DNA from: Patescibacteria group bacterium | Lineage (GTDB): Bacteria; Patescibacteriota; Saccharimonadia; CAILAD01; BJGX01 | Assembly: GCA_030917065.1 (NCBI GenBank) | Contig: JAUPVL010000018.1 | Location: forward strand, 2,568 to 66,567 | Direction of reading: 5' to 3' | Length of the DNA: 64,000 nt | Part shown: positions 46,238-56,635 of the stretch, one piece after another | Layout: every line of letters starts with the position of its first letter | Position numbering within the stretch: position 1 is the first letter of the stretch | Translations under genes and position numbers: made by a program | The notes under the pieces: generated by a model | Told to the model about the DNA's origin: nothing | Databases searched by the model: none | Seen by the model: only the letters and a program-made list of their open reading frames with translations

Positions 46238-47655
46238 TGTAATGCCTCCCTATTTAAGCGCCTAACTGTTTCTTCTTTGCCAAGCACAAGCATGATATCA
46301 AACAGTCCTGGTGCTTCGGTACGACCAGTCAGAGCAATGCGTAGTGCATAGAAAAGTTGTCCAGTCTTAATATCGAGTTCTGTTACGAGTTGGCGAAGTG
46401 TTTTTTCAAGTGTGTCGTGAGTAAACTCAGTTTCTTCTAACGAATCAATTGTTTTTTGTAGCCACACCTTTATATTCTCTATAGAATCCTTCTGCGTAAG
46501 TAGTTTGATATCTACATTTGGTGTTTCAAAAAATATTTCCATCAGATACCTTGCATCGGCCAAGGTTTTTAAGCGCTCACGGTCTAGCATAACCACTTTT
46601 TGTAGGTACTCTCTATCTGAGTACCATTCGGATGGTATAAACGGCTTAAGCATATCCAAAAGCTCACTGATTGAGAGTTTGCGTATGTATTCCCCGTTCA
46701 TCCAGTCAAGTCGTGCTATGTCAAAAACGGCAGGGCTTTTTTGCACCCTCTCTATGCTGAACTTATCAATCAGCTCTTCTAGGCTAAATATTTCTTGCTC
46801 ACTGCCATCATTCCAACCAAGCAAAGCCAAGAAGTTGACCATGGCTTGCTTGAGATATCCCTTTTTTTCGAATTCTAGTACATCTACGTCGCCGTCTCGT
46901 TTACTCATTTTCTTTTTACCATCAGGCCCTAAAATAACCGGCAAGTGAACCCAGCTCGGTCTTTCAAACTCAAGTAGGTCATACAACAGAGCATGCTTTG
47001 CTGTAGTTGATATGAATTCATCACCGCGAATAACATGGGTGATTTCCATTAGATGATCATCTATGACATTCGCGAAATTGTATGTTGGGAATCCATCTGC
47101 CTTGAGTATCACAAAGTCATCTAGTAGATTGTTTGGAGTCTTTGATATGCCGCGTACTTCGTCATGCCACTCGGTTTCGCCATAGGGTATTTTTAATCTT
47201 ATCGGTAGGCCCTCTGTACTATTGGGTTTCTCTTTTGGTTCCATAGAGTATTTGTACACAAAAGGTCTTTTGGCCTGTATGGCCTCTTCACGCAAGCCTG
47301 CGAATGATTCAGGTGTAATAGATGAGTAATACGCTAAGCCTTTTGATACCAATTCTTCTGCATATTTTTTGTAATGAGGTAATCTCTTGGATTGTATATA
47401 TGGGCCGTGGTTGCCTTGCTTTTCCTCGTACCACACGCCTTCATCCGGGTGTATTCCTAGCCAATCAAGACTTTTGATGATTTGCTCTACCCCACCTTCT
47501 ACGAATCTCTCCCTGTCAGTATCCTCAAGTCTCAATACAAAAGTGCCATCATGCGACTTTGCATATAGATATGCAAATAGAGCAGTTCGCACCCCTCCTA
47601 CATGGAGCATACCGGTAGGACTAGGCGCAAAACGAGTTCTTACAGATTTGTTCAT
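46234..47655 (-). CDS. gltX: glutamyl-tRNA synthetase
   Basis: RFAPSPTGMLHVGGVRTALF (HIGH region) and KMSKR (KMSKS). Confidence 0.9.
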   Translation of the reverse strand: MNKSVRTRFAPSPTGMLHVGGVRTALFAYLYAKSHDGTFVLRLEDTDRERFVEGGVEQIIKSLDWLGIHPDEGVWYEEKQGNHGPYIQSKRLPHYKKYAEELVSKGLAYYSSITPESFAGLREEAIQAKRPFVYKYSMEPKEKPNSTEGLPIRLKIPYGETEWHDEVRGISKTPNNLLDDFVILKADGFPTYNFANVIDDHLMEITHVIRGDEFISTTAKHALLYDLLEFERPSWVHLPVILGPDGKKKMSKRDGDVDVLEFEKKGYLKQAMVNFLALLGWNDGSEQEIFSLEELIDKFSIERVQKSPAVFDIARLDWMNGEYIRKLSISELLDMLKPFIPSEWYSDREYLQKVVMLDRERLKTLADARYLMEIFFETPNVDIKLLTQKDSIENIKVWLQKTIDSLEETEFTHDTLEKTLRQLVTELDIKTGQLFYALRIALTGRTEAPGLFDIMLVLGKEETVRRLNREALQ

Positions 47656-47691
47656 ATCTAAATTATACTTGAAAAGTACTTTTGTACCTAG

Positions 47692-48030
47692 TTATTGGCT
47701 GAGCATGGATTCGGGTGAGATCTCGTTGTAATGACCGTCGTTTAGCTGTTGATAAAACACTACTTTGGTCGTGGTCTCCTCGGGATCATAAACATATTCT
47801 ATTCTATTGGCAGATCCACGGTGATGGTAGTGGGTCTTTTTATCTATTATCGCCGGACTAGTGACTCTATCAATACGATACTTCGTATTGTCTTTTTCGA
47901 ACTCTATACGCTCGATGACCCTTTTTAAGCCCGGACTATCTTCTAAGTCTTCTTTCAATCTATCAGAAGAGTCTATCTGGTATTTTTCATCAATTAGATT
48001 TATTAGATCGTCCCATGCTTTATCGCTCAT
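47692..48030 (-). CDS. hypothetical protein
   Basis: 112-aa ORF, acidic, no recognisable motif. Confidence 0.35.
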   Translation of the reverse strand: MSDKAWDDLINLIDEKYQIDSSDRLKEDLEDSPGLKRVIERIEFEKDNTKYRIDRVTSPAIIDKKTHYHHRGSANRIEYVYDPEETTTKVVFYQQLNDGHYNEISPESMLSQ

Positions 48031-48039
48031 ACACCCCCT

Positions 48040-49482
48040 TTATAGGCTAGTTGCCATTTTTATAATCTGATCCTTACTGAGTCCATGGTCTTGTCCTTCA
48101 ATCCTGTACCATGTACCATGATTGACCCAGCTCGCTTGGTTGTTGTTGTATATATAGATAGTCAAGCCTTCTGCTTGCAATGCAGTATATTTATCTGCAT
48201 TTGGTGCCAGATAGTTCTCAGCCAAGGCTTGAGAATCCCAATCAGATCTCACTTGGTTGACCGAAACAGACTTATCGCCTTCAGCTGTAGCCAATTTATA
48301 ACTGATACTTCCAGGGTTTGCTTGAATATCTCCAGATATCTTCCATCCATTCGGAAGATAAGCAGGCAGTGATGCACTGATGCCAGCCTTGGAACCAGCG
48401 ACTTTTAGAGCAAGATTGGGATAGTTGATCTGCCACACATATACGCCCAGAAGTATAACTCCTGCAAGAGATAGTCCTACGCTAGCAACCTTACTACCGT
48501 GTTTCTTGAGTTTACTATTTTTTTTGGGCTTCTCAACTTGTGCTGATATGATACCTGCCTGCACATTGTCCTGAGAACTAGCTGTATGACTTGAGCTATT
48601 GGGAGGAAGTGTATTTGCTACGCTTTGTGGTGTTGGTTTCTGCATAGTCATTTTAGGAGCAGACTGAGGATTTGGGCCCTGTGTATTGGCTTCACCGGCT
48701 GTATTTTGTGGAATCTGAGCTTTTGGAGTGTTGTTGATACTAATATTGTCTATAGGTCGAGTTTTTTGGTTCGGGCTGTCATAGTTAGTTGTAATGTCAG
48801 CGAAAGGATTGGTGACGTTTGAAGCTGCAGGTTTTTCGTTGGCAAGCTGATCTAGTTCTGCATCAGAGAAGACCATATCGTCTTTTTTTGACAGCTGCCC
48901 AATCTCATTACCAATATTTTCGGTTGGACTGGGATTTTCTGTAGTAGTTTGTTGCGCTGGTGGCTTTTGTAGTGGGGGTACGTTAGGTTGGCTTGGGACA
49001 TTACTTTGGGTTGGTACTTGGGTATCGGCAAACATACTATTAGTAGTATTTACTGATTGTGGACTGTTTGTAATGGGCTGATTTGACTGAGTATAGCTAT
49101 TATTGAGCTGAGTATTGCTTGCCGCAACAGGCACATTTCCTATGGTAGATTGTTGACTATACCCTGGGCTTGGTATTGGAGCACTTGCCTGTTGATATGG
49201 TATGTTGGTTTGAGGTAGCGTTGTGGTAGTAGGGTTTTGTATGGGCGCTGGAGCCTGAGCGGACTGTGTACCAATACTTTGATTGTTGTTTTGTTGAACC
49301 ATTGGATTATTACCAGAGTTCTGTTGCACGGCTTGTATTTGAAAAGAAGGGTTTACTTGGCTTGTTTGTTGTTGGGAGTTGTTATTTTTATCAACAAAAG
49401 AGTCGACTGCACCACAATTGGCGCAAAAGGTTTTACCGGCTATCTCTATTTGGTCTTTGGAATCGCAAACATTACAATTCAT
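48040..49482 (-). CDS. zinc-ribbon / low-complexity linker / single TM / extracytoplasmic domain protein (anti-sigma-factor-like topology)
   Basis: N-terminal CxxC…CxxC (MNCNVCDSKDQIEIAGKTFCANCG). About 300 aa Q/N/P/S/T-rich. TM helix VASVGLSLAGVILLGVYVW. About 130-aa C-terminal domain. Confidence 0.5.
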   Translation of the reverse strand: MNCNVCDSKDQIEIAGKTFCANCGAVDSFVDKNNNSQQQTSQVNPSFQIQAVQQNSGNNPMVQQNNNQSIGTQSAQAPAPIQNPTTTTLPQTNIPYQQASAPIPSPGYSQQSTIGNVPVAASNTQLNNSYTQSNQPITNSPQSVNTTNSMFADTQVPTQSNVPSQPNVPPLQKPPAQQTTTENPSPTENIGNEIGQLSKKDDMVFSDAELDQLANEKPAASNVTNPFADITTNYDSPNQKTRPIDNISINNTPKAQIPQNTAGEANTQGPNPQSAPKMTMQKPTPQSVANTLPPNSSSHTASSQDNVQAGIISAQVEKPKKNSKLKKHGSKVASVGLSLAGVILLGVYVWQINYPNLALKVAGSKAGISASLPAYLPNGWKISGDIQANPGSISYKLATAEGDKSVSVNQVRSDWDSQALAENYLAPNADKYTALQAEGLTIYIYNNNQASWVNHGTWYRIEGQDHGLSKDQIIKMATSL

Positions 49483-49547
49483 TTAGGGTCAAATTCCTTT
49501 TAAGCATTGTCATTATTGTAGTATATTTTTAACCAAGCGTAAACAGT

Positions 49548-50402
49548 TTACACCCTGCTCTTAGAAGAAAATCTTTTTATTAAAATAATAAACTTGAGTA
49601 TACTAAACAGCCTAAGTATCCTTCTGGGCTGTATAATTACTCTCCACAACCACTCTAGTCCACATTTCTGTACTTTTTTAGAAGCTCTTTTGGTTCTTCC
49701 TCCGAGCTCATCATAGTCGAAAGTCCCCCCTTCTCCGATCAGAACTTTCGCCAAGCCCTTTTCTTTATTGGCATATATGAATTTTTCTTGTACTGGAAAA
49801 CCCATAGCCACAAACAGAATGTCCAAATCCTTAGATTTGATATCATCCAGTAGTTTTTGAATATCTTCGCTAGCAAAATATCCATGCCAGCAATAAATAT
49901 TATTTAGTCTTGGAAACAATTTTGTAAGATTTTGTTTTCTGGTGATAATCTCATCTGGTTTACCACCAAGAATACCGATATTCCATCCATTCTTTTCGGC
50001 CAATTTTAGTAACGGCACTGTTTGATTTGGCCCACCGTGACTTTGTGTGATAACCTGACTTCTCCAGTCTTTTTTATGTATCCAAAACAAAAGACTGCGG
50101 ATTGTTTTCAAGAACGCTTTGTGTGGCTCACCATACAGATAGCTAGAAGCCCACTGCAATGAGATACCGTCAGGTAAAACAAGATCAGCTTTGTTGATTA
50201 TGCTTCTTATACTAGTGTCTTTGTGCGCCTTGGTAATAAACTCCACATATGGCTTGACTACGTAGTAACTTGAGCTGTGAGCACTGAGATTAGAGCTGTC
50301 GATAAAGTCACCAATCATAGTATTGGCAGAGTTGATACTCAAGTTGTCAATATGGACACCGAGTACATCTACTTTATCTGTTAGCTCACTTGTTTTTTTC
50401 AT
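49548..50402 (-). CDS. WecB/TagA/CpsF family glycosyltransferase
   Basis: …DILFVAMGFPVQEKFIY… motif characteristic of the WecG/TagA family. Confidence 0.7.
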   Translation of the reverse strand: MKKTSELTDKVDVLGVHIDNLSINSANTMIGDFIDSSNLSAHSSSYYVVKPYVEFITKAHKDTSIRSIINKADLVLPDGISLQWASSYLYGEPHKAFLKTIRSLLFWIHKKDWRSQVITQSHGGPNQTVPLLKLAEKNGWNIGILGGKPDEIITRKQNLTKLFPRLNNIYCWHGYFASEDIQKLLDDIKSKDLDILFVAMGFPVQEKFIYANKEKGLAKVLIGEGGTFDYDELGGRTKRASKKVQKCGLEWLWRVIIQPRRILRLFSILKFIILIKRFSSKSRV

Positions 50403-51519
50403 ACCTACCTGTGTCTTTTAGACTATTTACTGTGTTTGAAAAGTTATTCTTAAAATTTTCGATGCTGTACTGCGTTACGGATGATCTAACTTTTTCAGGT
50501 CTAAAATTACTAGTTTCGAAATTACTAAGTACAGTATCAAGACTACTTACATCGTCATAGAAAACCCCATTGACTCCACTTTTGACAGTCTCGCTGAGGC
50601 CGCCACCCTTCAGAGCAATTACAGGCGTGCCTACACTCATCGCCTCTACAGGTGCAATACCAAAATCTTCAATACTGGTAAATATCAGAGCCATGGCATT
50701 TTTGTGATAGTGCCATTTCTTGTCGTCATCAACCCTTCCAACAAAAACTATATTTTTACTATCTTTTGCAATATCTGTGAGTCTAGATTTGTCCGGACCA
50801 TCACCGACAATTACCAATTTCTTATTATTTTTGATACAAGCTCGTATTGCAACATCGATGTTTTTATATTTGCTCAAACTAGACAGTACCAAAAAGTATT
50901 CTCTTTTGTTATTTGGTACAAGGGATCCTTTCCCCATGACGACCGGCGGGTATACTAAGGCACTTTTTCTCTTATAGAACTTTATAATTCTGTTTTGTAT
51001 GTGATTACTAATAGCAATAAAACTATCAACACTATCTGAGGAATAAAAATCCCATAGTCTTATCTTAGATACCATACGTGTTATTAAGAATTTTGAAATG
51101 GGACCAATTCTAAAAGGTCCTATTTTTTGGGTGTCTAGATATTTGGGCCAACTATCCCATATCATTCGGGCTGGACTATAGCAGTAACATATATGGATAG
51201 TAGGTCTTGCAACCTTAATGTTTTTTACCCAGGCACTAGATACCGATATCACTAAGTCATATTCTTCGAAATCAAACTTACTTACAGCCGACTTTATAAA
51301 AGGTAACATCAAGTATGGATTTTTTTTCATAAAGCCAGGTAGATGCCGTAACCTGCTGGAAGTTATGTTTCTTCCCTTAAAGAAGTGGTCAAACTTAGTT
51401 TTATTATATAAAAGACAATAGATATCTGCATCGGGATATATCTTGGATATTTCTGCAAATGTATTCTCGCCACCCCCTATCTTAATATTTAGCCAGTCAT
51501 ACACTAGTGCTACCTTCAC
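50386..51519 (-). CDS. glycosyltransferase family 4
   Basis: C-terminal GT4 motif EDFGIAPVEAMSVGTPVIA and VGDGPD. Confidence 0.8.
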   Translation of the reverse strand: MKVALVYDWLNIKIGGGENTFAEISKIYPDADIYCLLYNKTKFDHFFKGRNITSSRLRHLPGFMKKNPYLMLPFIKSAVSKFDFEEYDLVISVSSAWVKNIKVARPTIHICYCYSPARMIWDSWPKYLDTQKIGPFRIGPISKFLITRMVSKIRLWDFYSSDSVDSFIAISNHIQNRIIKFYKRKSALVYPPVVMGKGSLVPNNKREYFLVLSSLSKYKNIDVAIRACIKNNKKLVIVGDGPDKSRLTDIAKDSKNIVFVGRVDDDKKWHYHKNAMALIFTSIEDFGIAPVEAMSVGTPVIALKGGGLSETVKSGVNGVFYDDVSSLDTVLSNFETSNFRPEKVRSSVTQYSIENFKNNFSNTVNSLKDTGRYEKNK

Positions 51520-52802
51520 AGTGTCTTCTCCTCAAACCTATGATTTATCACTAGTCCAAGAAGACCAAACAGTAGAATACTCAAGGTACTATCTGCTAAT
51601 GTGTGCAAGAATAGTGACGCTACCAGAACACCACAAATCGAGGCAAAAAGCATACTAGGCAAAACCGAATAGTTCTTTTCTTTACTTCTTATGTATAGTT
51701 TTATCATGTTTAATACTATAAATACCAAGTATAGAGCTAGACCTATTAAGCCTATCTCGATTGCTATTTGTAAATACCAGTTCTCAACTATCAGTGGGCT
51801 CTTGGTATAGAAGCTTGCTGGGCCTGCTGTACCTATACCAGTCCCAAAAGGATTGGCTTGGATTGTGGCTATGCCGTTGTCAATGGAATCAACTCGCATC
51901 ATATCAGATCCGCCAAGCTCGCCTGAGCTACAATCGCCATGCACAAGTATTGAGACTGGCCCTGCAAGATAATCACATACACTTCCCGTGTAGAATATAT
52001 ACCCAAATGTAGACAACAATACCAACACACCTAGGCCTACTGCCAACTGTATCTTTGGCTTGAAATTCAATCCTACCACAACAATTGCGGCTACAATTCC
52101 GCCGATCCATGCACTTCTTGAGTAGCTCATATATATAGGAAGCATAAATACCAATGGTAATAAATACCAAATTATTTTTCGGGATTTTATAGCCCAGACT
52201 AGACTCATGGCAAACGGTATGATTAGATAGGCGCCTAGTTGATTTGGGCCTCCAAGCGTAGAAAATACTCTAATCGACTGATTGGAATACTCAACAAACT
52301 GCTCTGCATTGATAGATTCTGGTCCGTAACCAATCATATTTAGAATCTCAGGTCTAAACAGAACCGGTTGCAATATTGCTATGACCGCGACAATAACAGC
52401 AGGTATAAGAACTATTTTAAATATCTTCTCAAAACTATATTTCGATGCCAGCACCTGTGCCTCCAAGAACAGTACCAGCACAACAAGGTTAGTTTTGACC
52501 CCTGCCAGAAATGCATATAATTCATTAAATCGAATAAGTGATACTACTAGACTAAATATGATAATTACTACAGCTATTCGATTGGTGTTATCAAATTTAA
52601 GTAGTGACCTGTCTTTATACACTGCAAAAGCACACAACACACCAACTATAAAAATTAGTATTTCTTTCCAAGCCTGCAGCAGTGTTTTGAATGGCAAGTA
52701 ATTACCCAGTATGGTAACTATCGCTGCATGAAAAGGCATTGCAACCAACAGTACGGATAACAGCACCGCGGCTATATTTAGATAAGAATGTTTTTTGGTC
52801 AT
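51516..52802 (-). CDS. O-antigen ligase/polymerase (Wzy_C)-like polytopic membrane protein
   Basis: About 11 TM helices with the …YSRSAWIGGIVAAIVV… Wzy_C-like loop. Confidence 0.6.
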   Translation of the reverse strand: MTKKHSYLNIAAVLLSVLLVAMPFHAAIVTILGNYLPFKTLLQAWKEILIFIVGVLCAFAVYKDRSLLKFDNTNRIAVVIIIFSLVVSLIRFNELYAFLAGVKTNLVVLVLFLEAQVLASKYSFEKIFKIVLIPAVIVAVIAILQPVLFRPEILNMIGYGPESINAEQFVEYSNQSIRVFSTLGGPNQLGAYLIIPFAMSLVWAIKSRKIIWYLLPLVFMLPIYMSYSRSAWIGGIVAAIVVVGLNFKPKIQLAVGLGVLVLLSTFGYIFYTGSVCDYLAGPVSILVHGDCSSGELGGSDMMRVDSIDNGIATIQANPFGTGIGTAGPASFYTKSPLIVENWYLQIAIEIGLIGLALYLVFIVLNMIKLYIRSKEKNYSVLPSMLFASICGVLVASLFLHTLADSTLSILLFGLLGLVINHRFEEKTL

Positions 52803-52805
52803 AAT

Positions 52806-53813
52806 TTAACGATTAGAGATAACCGATCGCATATAATCATCAAGATTTTCTAAGGCAATACCGGTACCTTTGATGACACACAGAAGGGGCTCTTCCGCTA
52901 CATAGCTAGGTACACCAGTAACTTTCGTCATGAGCTTATCAATATTGCGCAACATACTCCCACCTCCAGTCATGATCATTCCTCTGTCTATGATGTCGCT
53001 TGAGAGCTCAGGCGGAGTTTGCTCCAAGACGGCTTTTACAGCCAGTATAATATCGTCCAGTCGCTCGCTTATTGCTTCAGTTACATCGGTAGAGCTGAGT
53101 TCGATTGTCTTGGGTAAGCCAGCAACAACATCTCGGCCTCTTATCTGCATCTTGAGTGGTTTCTCTAGCTGTAGAGCTGAACCTATTTCTTTTTTTATAT
53201 CCTCTGCTGTACGAGATCCTATTACAAGTCCATATTTTTTTCTAATATAGTCGGATATAGCACTATCTATTTTGCCGCCGGCAATTCTAACACTATGTTG
53301 TGCTACTATCCCGCCTAGACTAATTATTGCCACCTCTGTAGTCCCTTCGCCTATATCTACCACCAGATTACCTGCAGGTGCAGCTATAGGGACATTGGCG
53401 CCAATTGCAGCGGCCACGGGTGCTCTCACTATGTACACTCTTTTGGCGCCAGCGCTCATAGCTGCATCAATCACAGCTCGTCTCTCGGTAGAGGTGATGC
53501 CTGTGGGTACACTGATCATTAGTTCAGGTCTTCTAAATCTAAGTCTTCCGGCTATTTTATTGATCAAATATTTTAGCAAAGCTTGAGTAATTCTATAATC
53601 AGCTATTACCCCATCTTTGTATGGTCTTGATGCCGTGATGATATCGGGAGTTCTTCCAAGCATTTCTTTGGCCTCATTGCCGATGGCAACTATTCTGTTG
53701 TCATCGATACTTACGGCCACTACAGAAGGCTCATTGGCAACAATACCTTTTTTGGGCAAATAAACTCTAGTATTGGCAGTACCTAAATCAATTGCGATTC
53801 TTTTTGAAAACAT
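52806..53813 (-). CDS. mreB: rod shape-determining protein MreB
   Basis: IAIDLGTANTRVY… actin-fold phosphate-1 motif. Full-length MreB. Confidence 0.9.
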   Translation of the reverse strand: MFSKRIAIDLGTANTRVYLPKKGIVANEPSVVAVSIDDNRIVAIGNEAKEMLGRTPDIITASRPYKDGVIADYRITQALLKYLINKIAGRLRFRRPELMISVPTGITSTERRAVIDAAMSAGAKRVYIVRAPVAAAIGANVPIAAPAGNLVVDIGEGTTEVAIISLGGIVAQHSVRIAGGKIDSAISDYIRKKYGLVIGSRTAEDIKKEIGSALQLEKPLKMQIRGRDVVAGLPKTIELSSTDVTEAISERLDDIILAVKAVLEQTPPELSSDIIDRGMIMTGGGSMLRNIDKLMTKVTGVPSYVAEEPLLCVIKGTGIALENLDDYMRSVISNR

Positions 53814-53894
53814 AAAGATATTTTAACAAATTTATTGGCTTATAGCCAAAGTACTTCACTTATATATCAAAAAATAGTATAATATTGAAAAATC

Positions 53895-55298
53895 ATGGTT
53901 AAAAAAATCACCAGCCTTAAGCAGTGGCTTGTTTCAATCGCTGCAATTATTATTATCACTATCGGCACTGTTGTATTGGTTGCCTTTGCTCAAGGATATA
54001 ACTATGATGCTTTTCACAATCAAATATACAAAACTGGTCTGGTGCTGATAGACTCAAACCCGAATAACGCGGAGGTCTTGCTCAACAATAGAAAAATCGA
54101 CAAGAAAACGCCCTATAGATACTCTGGTGCTCCAGCAGGCAATCTTGAGGTTGGTCTGGAAAAGGAACAGTATCGAGATTGGTCAAAAAAAGCCACAGTA
54201 ATACCGGGTGAAGTTACTTTTGTTAATTATGCACTACTATTGCCTGATGTGTTGGATCAAGAACAGATTGCTTCAGATATTATTTTTAGTAACGTTATCC
54301 AATCCGAGAATAATCAAAAAACATTTGCACTAGCAAAGTCACCTTTGTCGATTTTTTCTATCTCCGATGATGGCGATGCCAAAGAAATTTATAGCGCTGT
54401 CCAATCTAGTGACCCCGCAAATCCAATCATTGATTTGTATAATATAAAAATCTCAAGCGATGGACAGAGACTGTTATTTGACCAAAAACTTGCGAACAAT
54501 ACCAATCAAACAATTTCAATAGACACATCAAACCTTAGGGCCAATAATCTAACTACTGAGTTTGGATTTGTATTTAGTGACATTAGGTTCAACCCCAAAA
54601 ACAGCTCTGAGTTATTCTGGTTGGACGCTGGTGTTCTTAAAAAGGTACAGATTAATGATAAGAATATTTCATCTAACCTAATAGATTCAATCTTTCAGCT
54701 TGATATCGAAGAAGATAGGCTTCTGGTGGTCAAGACTAACACCGTTACAGGACAACCTGTTGACTTATACAGTTATGATTTATCGGGCGGCAATGAAAAT
54801 CTACTCAGACAGCTTGAATTTGACCCTAAGGGTTATGACATCCTGTTTGTACGTTCTAGATACGCAGAGTATCTGAGTGTGATTTATAATTCATCATCAT
54901 TGGCAGAATTAGTAAAAAACCCTTACCAAAAATCTGATCAAAACACCCAGATTAAAGCTATTGGAGCAGATATATTCAAGCAAACAATAAGTCCTAGTAG
55001 CAGATTCTTGATATATAATCAAAACAATACACTCAGATCTGTAGACCTAGAGTTTAACCAAGATGATAATTACGGCGCTAGCCTAGCTGACTTACAGGCA
55101 TGGGCCTGGTATGACGATTATCACTTGGTCGTTCGGCAAAACAATACACTAAGAATCTTAGATTACGACGGACAAAACAACTATCTGTTAACGCCTATAA
55201 ATGACATTGCTGGATTTGGTATTCTATTAAATCAAAAAAGTATTCTTCCGTTGAACTCATCAGGCAATCTATACGAGCTATCTCTCACTAAAAAATAG
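53895..55298 (+). CDS. membrane-anchored PEGA domain protein with beta-rich C-terminal region
   Basis: N-terminal TM helix. PEGA-like segment …LIDSNPNNAEVLLNNRKIDKKTPYRYSGAPAGNLEVGLEKEQYRDW…. Confidence 0.55.
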   Translation: MVKKITSLKQWLVSIAAIIIITIGTVVLVAFAQGYNYDAFHNQIYKTGLVLIDSNPNNAEVLLNNRKIDKKTPYRYSGAPAGNLEVGLEKEQYRDWSKKATVIPGEVTFVNYALLLPDVLDQEQIASDIIFSNVIQSENNQKTFALAKSPLSIFSISDDGDAKEIYSAVQSSDPANPIIDLYNIKISSDGQRLLFDQKLANNTNQTISIDTSNLRANNLTTEFGFVFSDIRFNPKNSSELFWLDAGVLKKVQINDKNISSNLIDSIFQLDIEEDRLLVVKTNTVTGQPVDLYSYDLSGGNENLLRQLEFDPKGYDILFVRSRYAEYLSVIYNSSSLAELVKNPYQKSDQNTQIKAIGADIFKQTISPSSRFLIYNQNNTLRSVDLEFNQDDNYGASLADLQAWAWYDDYHLVVRQNNTLRILDYDGQNNYLLTPINDIAGFGILLNQKSILPLNSSGNLYELSLTKK

Positions 55299-56445
55299 TT
55301 GGCATTGAATTGGTCTTAGACACCTCAGGCAAGCGGTTTGCAGGCTGAGTGGGTTGAGTTGTTGGCTGTGTGCCATCTTGAGGACTATTACCAAGTATAG
55401 TGTTTAGTAGATTACTAAAGAACAGCTGAATTTGTTCTAGCAAAGTAGGTGGAGCACTTGGCAATGTCGTGGCCTGTTGACCAGGTTGCACTTGGGTAGC
55501 CACAACCGGACCCGGAGAAGCTTTTGGTACTGGCTCTGTCTGTTTGGCCTTCACTATAAAACGTCGCCAATTTGTGCCTGGTGGCGTACATGTTATAAGT
55601 GTAGAATAAGGCGTTGAAGTCTGATCGAGTACTGAAAGCTCCGTTGGTTCAACTACTTTTGTTTCCTCTACCGTATAAACATACTTTCGGGATTGATAAT
55701 GAATTTCGTATTGATCTCCTACTGCCAATTTCTCCAATAATACAAATACAAATTTGTAATTGCCTGGCTCCCATATATCGTTACTTGAATGTCCAAAAAA
55801 TACAGAATTTCCGTTCTCACCAGGGTTGGCGGTCCCAGAGTAGTGTACCACTCCATCCTGCAATGCTCTCAGTACAGCTCTTTCTTCAATAGTCTCAGGA
55901 AATATCAATGGTGCGCTTACTCCTATTTTCGGAATTATTATTAGGTTTTCCGGACCGACTACCTCAGCAGATTGTGTTGGAACGTTGGTAGGAGTAACTG
56001 GTGTGATTGTGGTCTGTGTTTTTGGAGCAAAAGGAGTCTTGGAGTATAAATACAGCGCCTGACTATATATCAACTGAGAATTAAACACTATCAGAAAAAC
56101 AATAAAACTAACGACAGCGAATCTAACTGTCGAAAAATGCTTGTGGGCTCTCATTTTTTTAAGTTTCTTTTGAGCTTTTTGCTTCTTTTCTGTATTTGGA
56201 TCAACAGGTCTATGCTGTTGAGGCATAGTGTTGGACCCTCTAGCTACATTTTGTTGCTGCGGACTATCACTCTTCAGTTGTGTTACTTTATCTTTTAGAG
56301 TAACGCTGGATCTAGGAGTAAGCGCGTTGGGATTCTGAAACCTTGGAATGTTATTAATATTAAACCCAGTATTTGACTTAGGTGTTTTGTCGTTTGGATT
56401 AATATCAGGTAATTCAAGTGATTCTTTGGGGGTTTTTGAATTCAT
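55288..56445 (-). CDS. sortase family transpeptidase with Pro/Gln/Thr-rich flanks
   Basis: Catalytic triad context FFGHSS (His), TLITCTP (Cys), WRRFIV (Arg). TM anchor. Confidence 0.75.
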   Translation of the reverse strand: MNSKTPKESLELPDINPNDKTPKSNTGFNINNIPRFQNPNALTPRSSVTLKDKVTQLKSDSPQQQNVARGSNTMPQQHRPVDPNTEKKQKAQKKLKKMRAHKHFSTVRFAVVSFIVFLIVFNSQLIYSQALYLYSKTPFAPKTQTTITPVTPTNVPTQSAEVVGPENLIIIPKIGVSAPLIFPETIEERAVLRALQDGVVHYSGTANPGENGNSVFFGHSSNDIWEPGNYKFVFVLLEKLAVGDQYEIHYQSRKYVYTVEETKVVEPTELSVLDQTSTPYSTLITCTPPGTNWRRFIVKAKQTEPVPKASPGPVVATQVQPGQQATTLPSAPPTLLEQIQLFFSNLLNTILGNSPQDGTQPTTQPTQPANRLPEVSKTNSMPTIF

Positions 56446-56525
56446 AAATATAATTGGAATTTTACGCTATTACCATTATAATACAAATGCTCTAATATGA
56501 GCTTAAAATATACCAATATGCTTTT

Positions 56526-56610
56526 GCCGCTGTGGTGGAACTGGTAGACACGCACGACTCAAAATCGTGTGTCTTACGACATGTCGGTTCGAGTCCGACC
56601 AGCGGCACCA
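56526..56610 (+). tRNA. tRNA-Leu (anticodon CAA), CCA encoded
   Basis: Cloverleaf by eye: acceptor gccgctg/cagcggc, anticodon stem cacga/tcgtg with loop cTCAAaa, long variable arm, T-arm ggttcgagtcc, 3' ACCA. Confidence 0.85.
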
Positions 56611-56635
56611 TGCCATCATCCACGAATTGTCTAAA

